Positions 9,309 to 19,368 of a stretch of DNA of 64,000 nt are shown here, piece after piece. The stretch comes from a virus. Each line of letters opens with the position of its first letter. Position 1 is the first letter of the stretch. The stretch is taken from positions 11,157-75,156 of the IMG/VR virus record IMGVR_UViG_3300020020_000027. One strand, given 5' to 3'. A model generated the notes under the pieces. That model was given only the letters and a program-made list of their open reading frames with translations, did not search any database and was not told the DNA's origin. Position numbers and translations under genes: made by a program.

Positions 9309-10558
9309 TTCCTACAGGCGACCAGGAGGAAGCACTAAAACAAATACACAAGTGGTTTCACCAAACCACTAATAGGGTATTTAGACTAGGGGGTCTGGCT
9401 GGTACCGGGAAAAGCTCACTAATTCCACTGATTCACACATACTTGGGGATAGAAAGCCGCGAAGTGATATACTCCGCGCCCACCAACAAAGCTACTTTGA
9501 TCATACAGAACAGACTGAGCCGAACCGGAATTATAGCTAACGCACTAACCATACATAAGACCTTCTATATTAAGCAGGAACGCCACTGCGATGACTGCCC
9601 ACTAAAGGAAACCCTAAAAAACATCTGTCACGGCCGATCAGGTTACAACCAATGCGGCTGCTATTTGGACTTCTTGGCCAGAGCCAGCGTAAACACCAAC
9701 ATAAAGCTGATCATTTGCGATGAAAGCTCAATGGTAAATCGTGAAGTCTATGAAGATTTGATGCACTCATTGCATGAGCGAGTGAAGATATTATTCATTG
9801 GAGATCATGGACAACTCGAAGCTATTGATGACGATACAAAAATAACCAAAGCTATGGGTAAGTTCGAGCTTATGAAATTCCCAGACTTCACCCTAGTTGA
9901 GATACAAAGGCAAGCAAAGGACTCAGCAATAATTCAGCTTGCTTACAAAGCAAGGAATGGGTTCGATATTGAAATTGGCGATCATGGTCCGGGAGTGCGG
10001 AAAGTCAGCATAACTGGTGATATAGATTTCGATGTCACAGATCCCGACCTGGTTGGAATAACATACTTCGCCAATGCAGATCCCACAAATCCAAATCATC
10101 GAGGAAGAATTTCCGTCACTGACCTCAACAAGATTTGGCGAGCAAATCTGGGCATAACCAGTCCACATCCTATACTGGGCGAGCGCTTGGTCTGTCGAGA
10201 CTATATTAGGCGTTTGGGAATCCCTAAAGGTACCATGGGTGTCATCCACGACATAAAAAATATCGACAAAGAATCTTATTACGTCAAGCTGGTGCTAGAT
10301 GATGGTCGCGAATACGAAAGCACCATTTCTTCTGAGCAATTTCACCGTAATAAGGCAATCTGGGGAAGACAGCACCTGGATAAATGGGATTTCGGATATG
10401 GCCTAACCTGTCACACTGCACAAGGATCGGAATTTGAATCAGTAGTTATCTTTGAACCATCTAAAGGATTTGCAAATTGGCTAGGAAGACAATCATATAG
10501 TAGATGGCTATATACTGCTATAACTAGAGCGAAGCGCAATCTATTGCTAGTGGGGTGA
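9305..10558 (+). CDS. RecD/Dda-like SF1B DNA helicase
   Basis: GLAGTGKS, APTNKA, DESSMV, GDHGQL, TCHTAQGSEF and YTAITRA. Confidence 0.92.
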   Translation: MIPTGDQEEALKQIHKWFHQTTNRVFRLGGLAGTGKSSLIPLIHTYLGIESREVIYSAPTNKATLIIQNRLSRTGIIANALTIHKTFYIKQERHCDDCPLKETLKNICHGRSGYNQCGCYLDFLARASVNTNIKLIICDESSMVNREVYEDLMHSLHERVKILFIGDHGQLEAIDDDTKITKAMGKFELMKFPDFTLVEIQRQAKDSAIIQLAYKARNGFDIEIGDHGPGVRKVSITGDIDFDVTDPDLVGITYFANADPTNPNHRGRISVTDLNKIWRANLGITSPHPILGERLVCRDYIRRLGIPKGTMGVIHDIKNIDKESYYVKLVLDDGREYESTISSEQFHRNKAIWGRQHLDKWDFGYGLTCHTAQGSEFESVVIFEPSKGFANWLGRQSYSRWLYTAITRAKRNLLLVG

Positions 10559-10561
10559 CTC

Positions 10562-11281
10562 ATGCCCCTACATCACCATTGGCCACCAGGCAAAATACTT
10601 CCCATACAAGAACTACTTCCTGAACATCCTAAAGTATCCGATTTGCCCAAATTACCCGGAAAGATAACTGGCCAGTTTACCTGCCCTGGCCTGCTATACT
10701 GCCTGTGGAAGTCGGGTCGGCACGCAGCGATGGTTACTGCGTGTAATAGATGGTCATGTGGGCGATGCGCAAAAATCAAGATCGACGAAATAACACAAGT
10801 TTTTGCGGACGCTACAGTTGACTCGCCAATGGTGTATGATGCATTATTTGAACAACACGAACTAAACAAGGTACTTAAACTGTTTAGGAAAAAAGAAATA
10901 TCCGCCCTTAGCCTCAAGCTTCCCAACGAAACATACATATTGGCCTCAGACCATGCTGAAGCCAGAACCTGGACAATGACTCCATTAACTCGGGCCAGTG
11001 CTATAGCTAAATTACAAACCGTAGATACTACCAGAATTCGACGCAGAGATTTTATCAATAATTGGCGACCAGAAGCTCTTTACGAACCAAAAAAGGATAC
11101 CGTGGTATTCTCTACTGTGTTCGCCAACATGGATGATCTGAAAGAAATTATTAGCGACTATGGCCTTGACATAAATAGCGAATTCATTCCAGGTGATCCA
11201 CTCGATGCGGTTGAACGATTGACAAAGCTTCGAAAAGACCACACTATAGTATTTGATAATGTCGAATACTTAGTCGAGTAG
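10562..11281 (+). CDS. Hypothetical protein with CxxWxCxxC Zn motif
   Basis: Long ORF coupled to the helicase; ACNRWSCGRCA. Confidence 0.65.
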   Translation: MPLHHHWPPGKILPIQELLPEHPKVSDLPKLPGKITGQFTCPGLLYCLWKSGRHAAMVTACNRWSCGRCAKIKIDEITQVFADATVDSPMVYDALFEQHELNKVLKLFRKKEISALSLKLPNETYILASDHAEARTWTMTPLTRASAIAKLQTVDTTRIRRRDFINNWRPEALYEPKKDTVVFSTVFANMDDLKEIISDYGLDINSEFIPGDPLDAVERLTKLRKDHTIVFDNVEYLVE

Positions 11282-11289
11282 GTGATATT

Positions 11290-11787
11290 ATGGGCGGTAG
11301 AGGTTTAAATAGAAGAGACGACCCCGTAGCCGGAAGAGAGGCTTCACTACCCGGCGAATATCGTGCTGTCCTGGCCTTAAGGCGCAAAGGAGTTGGCTAC
11401 GATGATATCGCGGAACAACTTGGCTACGAAAGTAGATTCGAAGTTATTGATATCTTAAATCGAATCTACCGAAACGTCAAGCCAATCAATGTCGAAGAAG
11501 TCCGGGATAGTATTGAATCACAAATAGATGACTTGACTACCGTATACATGGAACCAGCCCTTATGGGCAACGATAAGTCAGCTAAATTTGTCTTGGCCGC
11601 ATTGAAACTTAAAGCTCAAATACGTGGTGCCATTCTACCGCCACAAGTCAACGTGCAAATAACCGGACAGAAACCTTGGGAAAAGGTCTATGCCACGACG
11701 TTGTCCGATGTGGACGAAAAGGGAAACATCATCGAGGGAGATGTGATCGAGGATGAGTCAGAATCAAAAGAAGAATATGATTTTTAG
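11290..11787 (+). CDS. HTH DNA-binding protein, resembles terminase small subunits
   Basis: AGGTG RBS; LALRRKGVGYDDIAEQLGY HTH, helical GNDKSAKFVL...KAQIRG segment and beta-rich tail. Confidence 0.55.
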   Translation: MGGRGLNRRDDPVAGREASLPGEYRAVLALRRKGVGYDDIAEQLGYESRFEVIDILNRIYRNVKPINVEEVRDSIESQIDDLTTVYMEPALMGNDKSAKFVLAALKLKAQIRGAILPPQVNVQITGQKPWEKVYATTLSDVDEKGNIIEGDVIEDESESKEEYDF

Positions 11788-11967
11788 TTACATCGGTTTT
11801 GTGTTTAAAGTCATTCTGGTTGGTTTCGCCCGCAACGTGCTGCGGATTGGTCGCCATGTCGCAGATCATCGGATGCGTGATGGCGCAGTGGTAGCTAGCT
11901 TTAACCGTAGTGAGGCTTATCGCAAGCGCTACCAGGGACGACACTTTGCTAAGATCTGGAGTCCTCA

Positions 11968-12204
11968 ATGGACTTAGTAATAGCCGCGCTACAAAAGCTC
12001 CAGCAAACTAGACATGAACGTCTGGATTTGATGCATGAACGTTACAGCGGTCAAGATTTCGGTGAATTAACCAACGTAATAGCAGATGTAATCAATCTGC
12101 TGGAACAATTTTATGTTTTAGCAACTTTACCAGCCGACGGATTTGTCTCTATTACTCCGGAGCGTCCAGGTGGACAAGAGGAAACATCCACTAGCGATAT
12201 GTGA
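11968..12204 (+). CDS. Hypothetical protein
   Basis: GGAG RBS; overlaps the polymerase start. Confidence 0.55.
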   Translation: MDLVIAALQKLQQTRHERLDLMHERYSGQDFGELTNVIADVINLLEQFYVLATLPADGFVSITPERPGGQEETSTSDM

Positions 12205-14464
12205 AAATTGCCCTTGGCGTGAAGAGGGTGCCTACGTACCTAGCCTAATCCCTAAAAGTGAAATAAAGGTTGCTGTTGTAGGTGAAGCTCCAGGTGCCTA
12301 TGAGGCTAAGACAGGTATTCCTTTTACTGGTCCATCAGGTGAATTACTTGACCGAGTAATGGAACATCATGGTTTCAAACGCAAAGAACTTGCCCTGATC
12401 AACACGGTTGCCTGCCGACCCCACGGACCCACGGAGAAGCCACCTAAAGGCGCCATTGCCGCCTGTAGACCGCGTCTGGAGTCGGATCTGAGGCGAGCTG
12501 GCGCACCGGTCATCCTCGCGGTAGGCGGCACCAGCGCGCAAGCAATTTTGGGTGAAAGCAAACCTATATCAAAGTTAAGAATTGGTCAGTCCAGGGACAG
12601 TAGGTTTGGTCCTGTCATCTCAACCTGGCATCCTGCGTTTTGCTTGCGAACGCCAGATTCATTCCCGTCATTCGTTCATGATACAGGAAAATTAAATGGA
12701 AAAGAGCTTGCGCCGTGGGCGCCACCGGAGTACAAGGTCTTTAATGATCCGGCTGTGGCGCTGGTCGCTATCCGTAGGCTATTTGGAGTCAAACGTATCG
12801 TTATCGATATTGAAGCAGCCTCCGATAAAGATATTGACGATTCGCACCCAGAAGATTATGACTTACTATGTGTTGGTGTTGCGTACGCCCGGGGACAGGC
12901 TGTTATATTTGGCGATCGGGTATTCAAAGACCAAGAGTGCATTGATGCTTTCAAAACACTTCTCCAAAACGTTCAAATTGACGGATGGAATCTGAAATTT
13001 GACTTACTAGGATTGTCTCCAATCTTTGGGTTGATGAAGGTGGGACGTGACGGTATGCTCATGTCCTATACGGTAGACGAGCGTCCTAGGCAGCATGGAC
13101 TCAAGCACAGATCAGTGGAAGATCTCAACGCACCAAGGTATGACGAAGAAATAGCGCAATATACCAAAGGTAAAGACGGAAGTTTCGCTAACATACCTAA
13201 AGATCTGCTTTACAAATACAACGCCTATGACGTAGGCGCCACCTGGGACGAGATGGACTACCTCGACCTGATGATGGGACCACAGCAACACAAGCTACAC
13301 AAATTCCTGATTGATGCAGTGAACATGCTAATGCACGTAGAACTATCCCCATTGCATTTCGATCTACAATATAATGCTGGACTAGAAGAGATATATCTCA
13401 GGAAAATAGCAAGCTCACAAGTCGATATTGAGGACCACGTCGGCTATGAATTGAATCCACGTTCGTGGATGCAAATCATGAAGTATTTTGCCAGTAAAGG
13501 CATGACCATACCGACTACGAACCGTGACTTCCTAGTAAAAATACGACCACTCTGTGCACTTGAGGTGCAAAAATTCATCGATCTAATTCTCATTAATCGT
13601 AACCTGTCAAAAGCATACGGGACATATGTCAAGGGACTGCGGAAGAAGGTAAAAGATGGGAAGATTAATACTACTTTTTCACTTCACGCCACAACGTCTG
13701 GCAGAACTGCTTCTAAGAAACCTAATTTGCAGAACGTCAAGCGGGATAAACCAATTAGAAATCAATTCACGGCCGGAGAAGGGCTGATACTTGTTCAAGC
13801 CGACTATTCTCAAGCGGAAGGCCGGACCATTGCTGATTTGGCTAAAGATAAATACCTACAGAAGGTATTTTCAGATCCGAAGATTGATATCTTTAATGAC
13901 ATGTGCGATCGCATTTGGTCAGGAGGTTGGGATAAAGAGAACCGTGTCTCAATCAAGTCTATCTTCTACGGGTATTCATACGGTCGCAAAGCAAAGTCGA
14001 TTGCTCAAGAGCTCAAGAAACCAGTCGAATATGCCATAGATCTAATGAAGGAATTCAAGGCACTCATTCCCGATGTTGTGGCCTGGCAAGCAGCAATCAG
14101 GCATGAAGTACTAGAAAAACAAGAACTTTGGACACCATTTGGCCGTAGACGCAGCTTCCATCTTATTACTAATGAAAATCTAGAAGATGTTATCAATGAA
14201 GCGCTGAGTTTCAAACCACAATCAATCGCCTCGGACATATGCTTGCGTGCGGCTGTAAGACTTCAGCCTCGACTGAAGTCAGAATTCAATGCAGATATTA
14301 AACTACTAATCCATGATGCCATTGTTACTGAATGTGCACCGGAACATCGAGAAGACGTAATTTCCGTGATGAGTGAAGAAATGGTACGTTCTGGAAGAGA
14401 ATACACCGATTGGGTGCCATTCAAGGTTGATACATCTTGGGGGTTTAGACTAGGAGAATTGTGA
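12143..14464 (+). CDS. Family A DNA polymerase with N-terminal family-4 uracil-DNA glycosylase domain (SPO1-type architecture)
   Basis: UDG: VGEAPG, PFTGPSG, WHPA. Exonuclease: DIE, NLKFD, YNAYD. Polymerase motifs A DYSQAE, B KSIFYG..YG, C IHD. True start may be GTG 12170. Confidence 0.93.
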   Translation: MSLLLRSVQVDKRKHPLAICENCPWREEGAYVPSLIPKSEIKVAVVGEAPGAYEAKTGIPFTGPSGELLDRVMEHHGFKRKELALINTVACRPHGPTEKPPKGAIAACRPRLESDLRRAGAPVILAVGGTSAQAILGESKPISKLRIGQSRDSRFGPVISTWHPAFCLRTPDSFPSFVHDTGKLNGKELAPWAPPEYKVFNDPAVALVAIRRLFGVKRIVIDIEAASDKDIDDSHPEDYDLLCVGVAYARGQAVIFGDRVFKDQECIDAFKTLLQNVQIDGWNLKFDLLGLSPIFGLMKVGRDGMLMSYTVDERPRQHGLKHRSVEDLNAPRYDEEIAQYTKGKDGSFANIPKDLLYKYNAYDVGATWDEMDYLDLMMGPQQHKLHKFLIDAVNMLMHVELSPLHFDLQYNAGLEEIYLRKIASSQVDIEDHVGYELNPRSWMQIMKYFASKGMTIPTTNRDFLVKIRPLCALEVQKFIDLILINRNLSKAYGTYVKGLRKKVKDGKINTTFSLHATTSGRTASKKPNLQNVKRDKPIRNQFTAGEGLILVQADYSQAEGRTIADLAKDKYLQKVFSDPKIDIFNDMCDRIWSGGWDKENRVSIKSIFYGYSYGRKAKSIAQELKKPVEYAIDLMKEFKALIPDVVAWQAAIRHEVLEKQELWTPFGRRRSFHLITNENLEDVINEALSFKPQSIASDICLRAAVRLQPRLKSEFNADIKLLIHDAIVTECAPEHREDVISVMSEEMVRSGREYTDWVPFKVDTSWGFRLGEL

Positions 14465-14515
14465 GTAAAATATTAATTGGAACATTGATAACTGTTACAA
14501 TCATACTTTTATGTT

Positions 14516-16306
14516 TTGGAGCTTTTGAATTATATGGAACTTAACGCCTGGGATTACTTTGAAATTCGATTTGATCCGAATCCAAGTGGTACTTACTTAA
14601 ATGGTTACTGGACATGCTACGCTGAGCCAGGTTACGATGGATCGGGCTCAAGTCCACTGGAAGCAATGGCCGAATGCATGATTGCCATGTCCAAAGCATT
14701 GATAGAACAATCGAATGCAGATAAGAAGAACAAAGAGGCCGAATGAAGATAGTAAAACCAACTAATCCACCCACTATGGCTGTAATTGTAGATACAGTCA
14801 TTCATGATGAATTAGTTTTTAACATAACTCCATCACATATCGAGCATACCCGAATAGATTTAGTTTGGGTTAGTAAGGGTATGGTAGGAGTACTAATTGG
14901 CACACCAGAATTAGTGGGAGCTGCCATACCGCCAGCTATCAAGCCTGGCATGCGAATAGTCGCCAAGATAACTATCCATCCTAGTGTGGTACACATATAC
15001 GAAGACAACATCGAGGAGATCTGATGGAACAGTTAGAACCATACAAAACTGAGATAGAATTCGCCGATGTTAAAGTTGAAATTATGTTTGACGGGTTCTG
15101 TCTGACAGTAATGTCAGAATCCAAGTACGTTTTCGCTGCATCGGTTAATGATCCATCTGTGTCCGATCGAGGAAATGCTTGCCTTTTGCTGTTCGATCCG
15201 GATGAGTTGGCTACTAGACTAGACGATGAAGAGGAAACATCTGACGAATTCTGTTTGGTTCGAGACTTAGATTACTCCATCTGCAATCTTCCTAGAGGAC
15301 ACGAAGGAGTAGTGCATCAAGAGGTACTTGAGGATGGAACGCTGTGGGCGGAATGGCGCTCAATCACAAAATACAGCGAAACCAACCGAGCAGAAAAGTA
15401 TCTTACTCCTAGCGAAAGATCACCAAATGTGGTGAAAGATAGTTTTAATGAATGAAGAGGAACCAAAGACAAGAAAAAGTGCGGTCTATAACGTTAATGA
15501 AGTAATTTTGAACGACTCTGAATCTTGGAAGGACGGAGCTATAAGGCAGTCAATCCGAGATATTATTGAAGAGTTGGAAGACGTCACTATTTCTGGTTGG
15601 TCTAGTTATTTAGATGATGAAATGTCAAAGAAGAAGAAGAAGAAGAAGAAATCAAGATGGCAGCGCAAAGACAAATGAACATTGAACTTTGGTATTGTAC
15701 CTGTATTAAGGGCAAGAATGATGGATTCAAGAATCTTGGGCAGCAACACTGGGTTCACTCAGTTTGCCTCAAACCAACCTATCTATTTTGGATTAATCAA
15801 GTGTTGATTGAAAAGTACTGGAGCGAGCTCGATGAAATCATTGAGCGAATAATCGACCAAAGCGAACTAGATGATGGCCTAGACAAGGGACGAGCCGAGA
15901 CGGCTTGTTTATTCATTGCCATGTTACTCCGACCACACAATCCCAGCGTCAAAGACGTACGTGATATGGCAGTCAAGCGTTATAGGGACAGACATGTCAT
16001 TAGATCCGGTATTGCAGGCTGAGAAGTCCTGCCGCAGTTGTCGCCGTCCAATTTTTTGGTATCCAACAATTGGATGGATACACGATGAATTAATGCAATA
16101 CGTCAATCAGGAAAATACTTGTGATTCCGCACATCCAGTATCATGCGGGTCGCATCGCAGAGGAGCTTGTCCTCATGGATGGACCTGACTTACGCAAGAA
16201 GAAAATAATTCATCGAGTTATCGAACGAATCGATGCAAGAATCTTAATTCTGGTGGCAATCCGCAACCGTCTGGCCGAGCTGGAGCAAAAAGATCAAGGA
16301 TCTTGA
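14516..16306 (+). other. Run of small coupled hypothetical genes (14516-14746, 14743-15024, 15024-15455, 15448-15678, 15675-16022 and two short ORFs to 16306)
   Basis: Consecutive same-strand ORFs with overlapping or abutting stop/start codons. Confidence 0.6.
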
Positions 16307-16367
16307 TTCGGACCCTACCCCTACCCTAGACACGTAGATCAACAGGGCTCAGATTGGACACAAAACG

Positions 16368-16826
16368 GTGAAGTTAAAATTCGATGTAACAAAAAACTCC
16401 CGAATAATGGCTATAGACCCGGGAGTTACTTGCGGTTTTGCTTCAACTGGTCCGATGATGTCTGATCTTAAGGTTTTCCAGAAAAAATTCATTATGCATG
16501 ATGACTTCATCGAGGTCATAAACGAATTTTACCCTGACATCCTAGTCATCGAGAAGTTCGTCATGACACATAGAGATAAAACGGACTTCACAGCAATTGA
16601 ATACATCGGGTTGGGCAGATGGTTTGCCCAACGTCGAAAAATTCCATTTGTATTACAAACGCCTGGACTTGGTAAAGGTTACTTTACTAATGATAAACTC
16701 AAGCGCTTGGGTGTATACGTGCCGGGTAAGCCCCATGCCATGGATGCCACCCGTCATTTGTATCAATTTATGATTCTCAACGAACTCTTTGACCTGACAC
16801 TACTAAAGGAATCACGTGACAGTTAA
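16368..16826 (+). CDS. RuvC-like Holliday junction resolvase
   Basis: IMAIDPGVTCGFA, LVIEKF and HAMDATRH RNase H-fold acidic motifs. Confidence 0.78.
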   Translation: MKLKFDVTKNSRIMAIDPGVTCGFASTGPMMSDLKVFQKKFIMHDDFIEVINEFYPDILVIEKFVMTHRDKTDFTAIEYIGLGRWFAQRRKIPFVLQTPGLGKGYFTNDKLKRLGVYVPGKPHAMDATRHLYQFMILNELFDLTLLKESRDS

Positions 16827-16946
16827 ATTTAGTTTTTCTTTAAGGTATTTTGTTCTCGGAGCATATCTGGATCGTACCTTAAAGACAGTGCACATATATC
16901 CACTACCGTTTGTTAGAATTTCTTTCTCAGACAGATAGGGAATAAT

Positions 16947-17222
16947 ATGGAAAAAGTTTATCTATTGGGCAGCGAATACAAGGATGACAATCAAAAAGAT
17001 ACGATCATCTATGGAAACATAAACGATGCGATATCTCATGCTAAGGATTTTATACAAAGAATGTGTAACGCTAAGAGCAAGATAAAGCAACTTGACGTTG
17101 ATGGGTATGTATACTTTGGCATCAATCTTTCTGAAGGTATTCTAGTTTACGTGCAAGAGAAGACCATTGTATACACTACATCATCTTCATATTCATTTGG
17201 TCCACCAACTTTAGTTGAATAG
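16947..17222 (+). CDS. Hypothetical protein (last + strand gene of the module)
   Basis: AGGG RBS, ATG start. Confidence 0.55.
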   Translation: MEKVYLLGSEYKDDNQKDTIIYGNINDAISHAKDFIQRMCNAKSKIKQLDVDGYVYFGINLSEGILVYVQEKTIVYTTSSSYSFGPPTLVE

Positions 17223-17224
17223 AA

Positions 17225-17253
17225 TGGCCGGGCTATATGCCCGGCCAATTTTT
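17225..17253. terminator. Intrinsic terminator between convergent arms
   Basis: TGGCCGGGC-TATAT-GCCCGGCCA followed by ATTTTT at the convergence point. Confidence 0.8.
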
Positions 17254-17617
17254 ACTTTGGTCCCAACACACCCGTCTTGTGTGCATCCTCAAATGGTGAC
17301 ACCTGATGTCTCGTCATCAAAGCGAGGAACGACAGCACTAGCAAGTTGAATGAACCAACTTGTTCTTGGGTCAAATCTAGACCGTATGCGCCTGCCAGAG
17401 CTACCGCTGAGGACACAGCGTAAGTGAATACTTGTGGGGCTATGGGTCGCGTTCTCCATGCCGCGATAGCACCAAAAACAGCACTAATGAACGTTATTAT
17501 CAGGGCTGCTTGCTCGGGGGAGAGGAAGCCCAAACCGAATGTAACAAGAAAATTTATCGCACCTGCTATAACAGCAAACCATAAAGTAAATTCTCTACCT
17601 AGTATATTCTTCATCAT
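17252..17617 (-). CDS. Holin
   Basis: About four TM segments, C-terminal TRHQVSP, directly downstream of the endolysin. Confidence 0.78.
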   Translation of the reverse strand: MMKNILGREFTLWFAVIAGAINFLVTFGLGFLSPEQAALIITFISAVFGAIAAWRTRPIAPQVFTYAVSSAVALAGAYGLDLTQEQVGSFNLLVLSFLALMTRHQVSPFEDAHKTGVLGPK

Positions 17618-17652
17618 AGTACTTACCCCTTTGTATTATGTTCAAGTTAATG

Positions 17653-18522
17653 TCACTCCTGCTCAAGAACATCGACTTGAATTTGTGTAGCCGGTAGGGT
17701 TACGGTAGTGTTAGGGAAATTAATCACAGCTTTGAGTGGCCAATCAATTGTAGTACTTCCAGAACCATTCTTTATTTGACACAGTTGCTGTAACCTCGCC
17801 CATGCGTCAGCACCATATATTCTGCCATCACCACCAGTAACAATACGAGAAAGTGCCGATGCAGTTTCATCGCCATAGTCGCTGTCCGGACCAGCCACAG
17901 GAAGACATGCAGGATCAAATTGAAGAAGTTGTAGTTGCATAGCCCTTACTTTTTCACCGACGTCGCTATATTTACAGAACATATCATCGTCTCCAATTCC
18001 AGCTACAATAGCCAAATACTGTTCTTTTGTTTCGCCTCTTAGGGCAGACAAAATAGCATCCGCTGCCACCATGTCTTCGACGTATTTGCGGCGGATTTCT
18101 CCATGAACGTGCCATTTGTGATCAGGTGTAGTGATCGATATTCCCTTGGTGACAAAGTCATATCGTTTGGCGTCACCACTACCAAACCAACCATTGAAAG
18201 CATTGAGATATATTCTGCGAGGATCGGTGACATCATTCCATACCCACCACAACCGATCACTGCACAAGGTCATGTCTCTGGTATTCATTGACATGTCAAT
18301 GGCCGCAGCCAAATCACGTGGCCATTTTCCCGGAGGGGCTTTATCATCGGGACGAATCACTGAGTAGTTAGTCGAAGACTGGTCTTCGATTGATATGTGG
18401 TACCCTCCCCGAGCCTGATGGGCAGGGTCGCCCACAATGCCCGAAAGCACTGCCGAAGGGTAATAGCTTTCCCAATTGCTGGCAATATACCTAGTAGTAG
18501 CATGCGCTTTGGTTGTCATCAC
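17653..18522 (-). CDS. Endolysin (putative Zn-peptidase plus peptidoglycan-binding domain)
   Basis: GDPAH...YH...AIDMS...HKWHVH metal-ligand pattern; VRAMQLQL...DSDYGDET PG-binding-like motif; next to the holin. Confidence 0.75.
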   Translation of the reverse strand: MMTTKAHATTRYIASNWESYYPSAVLSGIVGDPAHQARGGYHISIEDQSSTNYSVIRPDDKAPPGKWPRDLAAAIDMSMNTRDMTLCSDRLWWVWNDVTDPRRIYLNAFNGWFGSGDAKRYDFVTKGISITTPDHKWHVHGEIRRKYVEDMVAADAILSALRGETKEQYLAIVAGIGDDDMFCKYSDVGEKVRAMQLQLLQFDPACLPVAGPDSDYGDETASALSRIVTGGDGRIYGADAWARLQQLCQIKNGSGSTTIDWPLKAVINFPNTTVTLPATQIQVDVLEQE

Positions 18523-18767
18523 GGTACCGCAATCACATCGTAATTTGGCTCTTCGGCTGCCCGATATCTGTTCTTCTCCCCTACGGTGTAGACCTCCATG
18601 GCTTCTTCATCACGTACAGTGAATGAGTCATTGAACCAATCATATATCCAACACTTATTACCTTGTTTGTCTACTAAAAGTATTCCTTTAGGGAACCTCG
18701 AAATCATGATTTCCCCGTTTAGTGGACCACCAAAACAAATTCCTTCATAGTACAGATTTTCATCCAT
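18519..18767 (-). CDS. Hypothetical protein
   Basis: Coupled ORF with a CFGGPLNG motif. Confidence 0.55.
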   Translation of the reverse strand: MDENLYYEGICFGGPLNGEIMISRFPKGILLVDKQGNKCWIYDWFNDSFTVRDEEAMEVYTVGEKNRYRAAEEPNYDVIAVP

Positions 18768-19368
18768 CGGTTTGGCTCCTTACTCGCTGACCACCAACCA
18801 TATTTATTCTAGGCAAAGCACGCTCTCGAATACTTGTGTTACGTGCCCTAAGTTCATCACTTTTGGGTGCTCTAGGACTAGGCAAATCCGGTGCCGCCAG
18901 ACCAGCCCTTCTAGCACGAATCAAATCTCTTTTTTCTCGAACACGAACTTGATCTATAGGTGAACGCTGCTTTATTACTTGAATCGGATTGTTATCCACT
19001 GCATTGATATATTCGTCAGGGAAGCCCGCAGCTTGTAACCTGTTCTTCAATGTTTGAGGATCGTCAGTAGGAGTCATTGGACCCAATGCAACCTTCGCCG
19101 CAGCCAACCGTTCCCGTTTTTGTTGTCTAGCCATTGTAGCATTCGGATGATCATCATCTCTAGGCATTATCGATTCGTAAATAGCAAACTCTGCTAGTTC
19201 ATCTTCATCGTTTATTTCATATTCGGCCGAAAGCCATTCCATCCGCTGTGGTGGAATCGACAGCCCATTATACTCAATTGTCATATCGTCATTAACTATT
19301 TCCCGGACAACTTCTATTCTTTTTGCTTCCTGGTTATATCTTGCGCAAATGACCCTCATCTCACGCAT
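18760..19368 (-). CDS. Hypothetical protein, end of tail module
   Basis: Coupled ORF in the late operon. Confidence 0.6.
   Translation of the reverse strand: MREMRVICARYNQEAKRIEVVREIVNDDMTIEYNGLSIPPQRMEWLSAEYEINDEDELAEFAIYESIMPRDDDHPNATMARQQKRERLAAAKVALGPMTPTDDPQTLKNRLQAAGFPDEYINAVDNNPIQVIKQRSPIDQVRVREKRDLIRARRAGLAAPDLPSPRAPKSDELRARNTSIRERALPRINMVGGQRVRSQTDG

Noticed and set aside
15627-15652. (AAG)n poly-Lys tract as a phase-variable repeat
   Set aside because: A trinucleotide unit keeps the frame; it is most simply a basic C-terminal tail.
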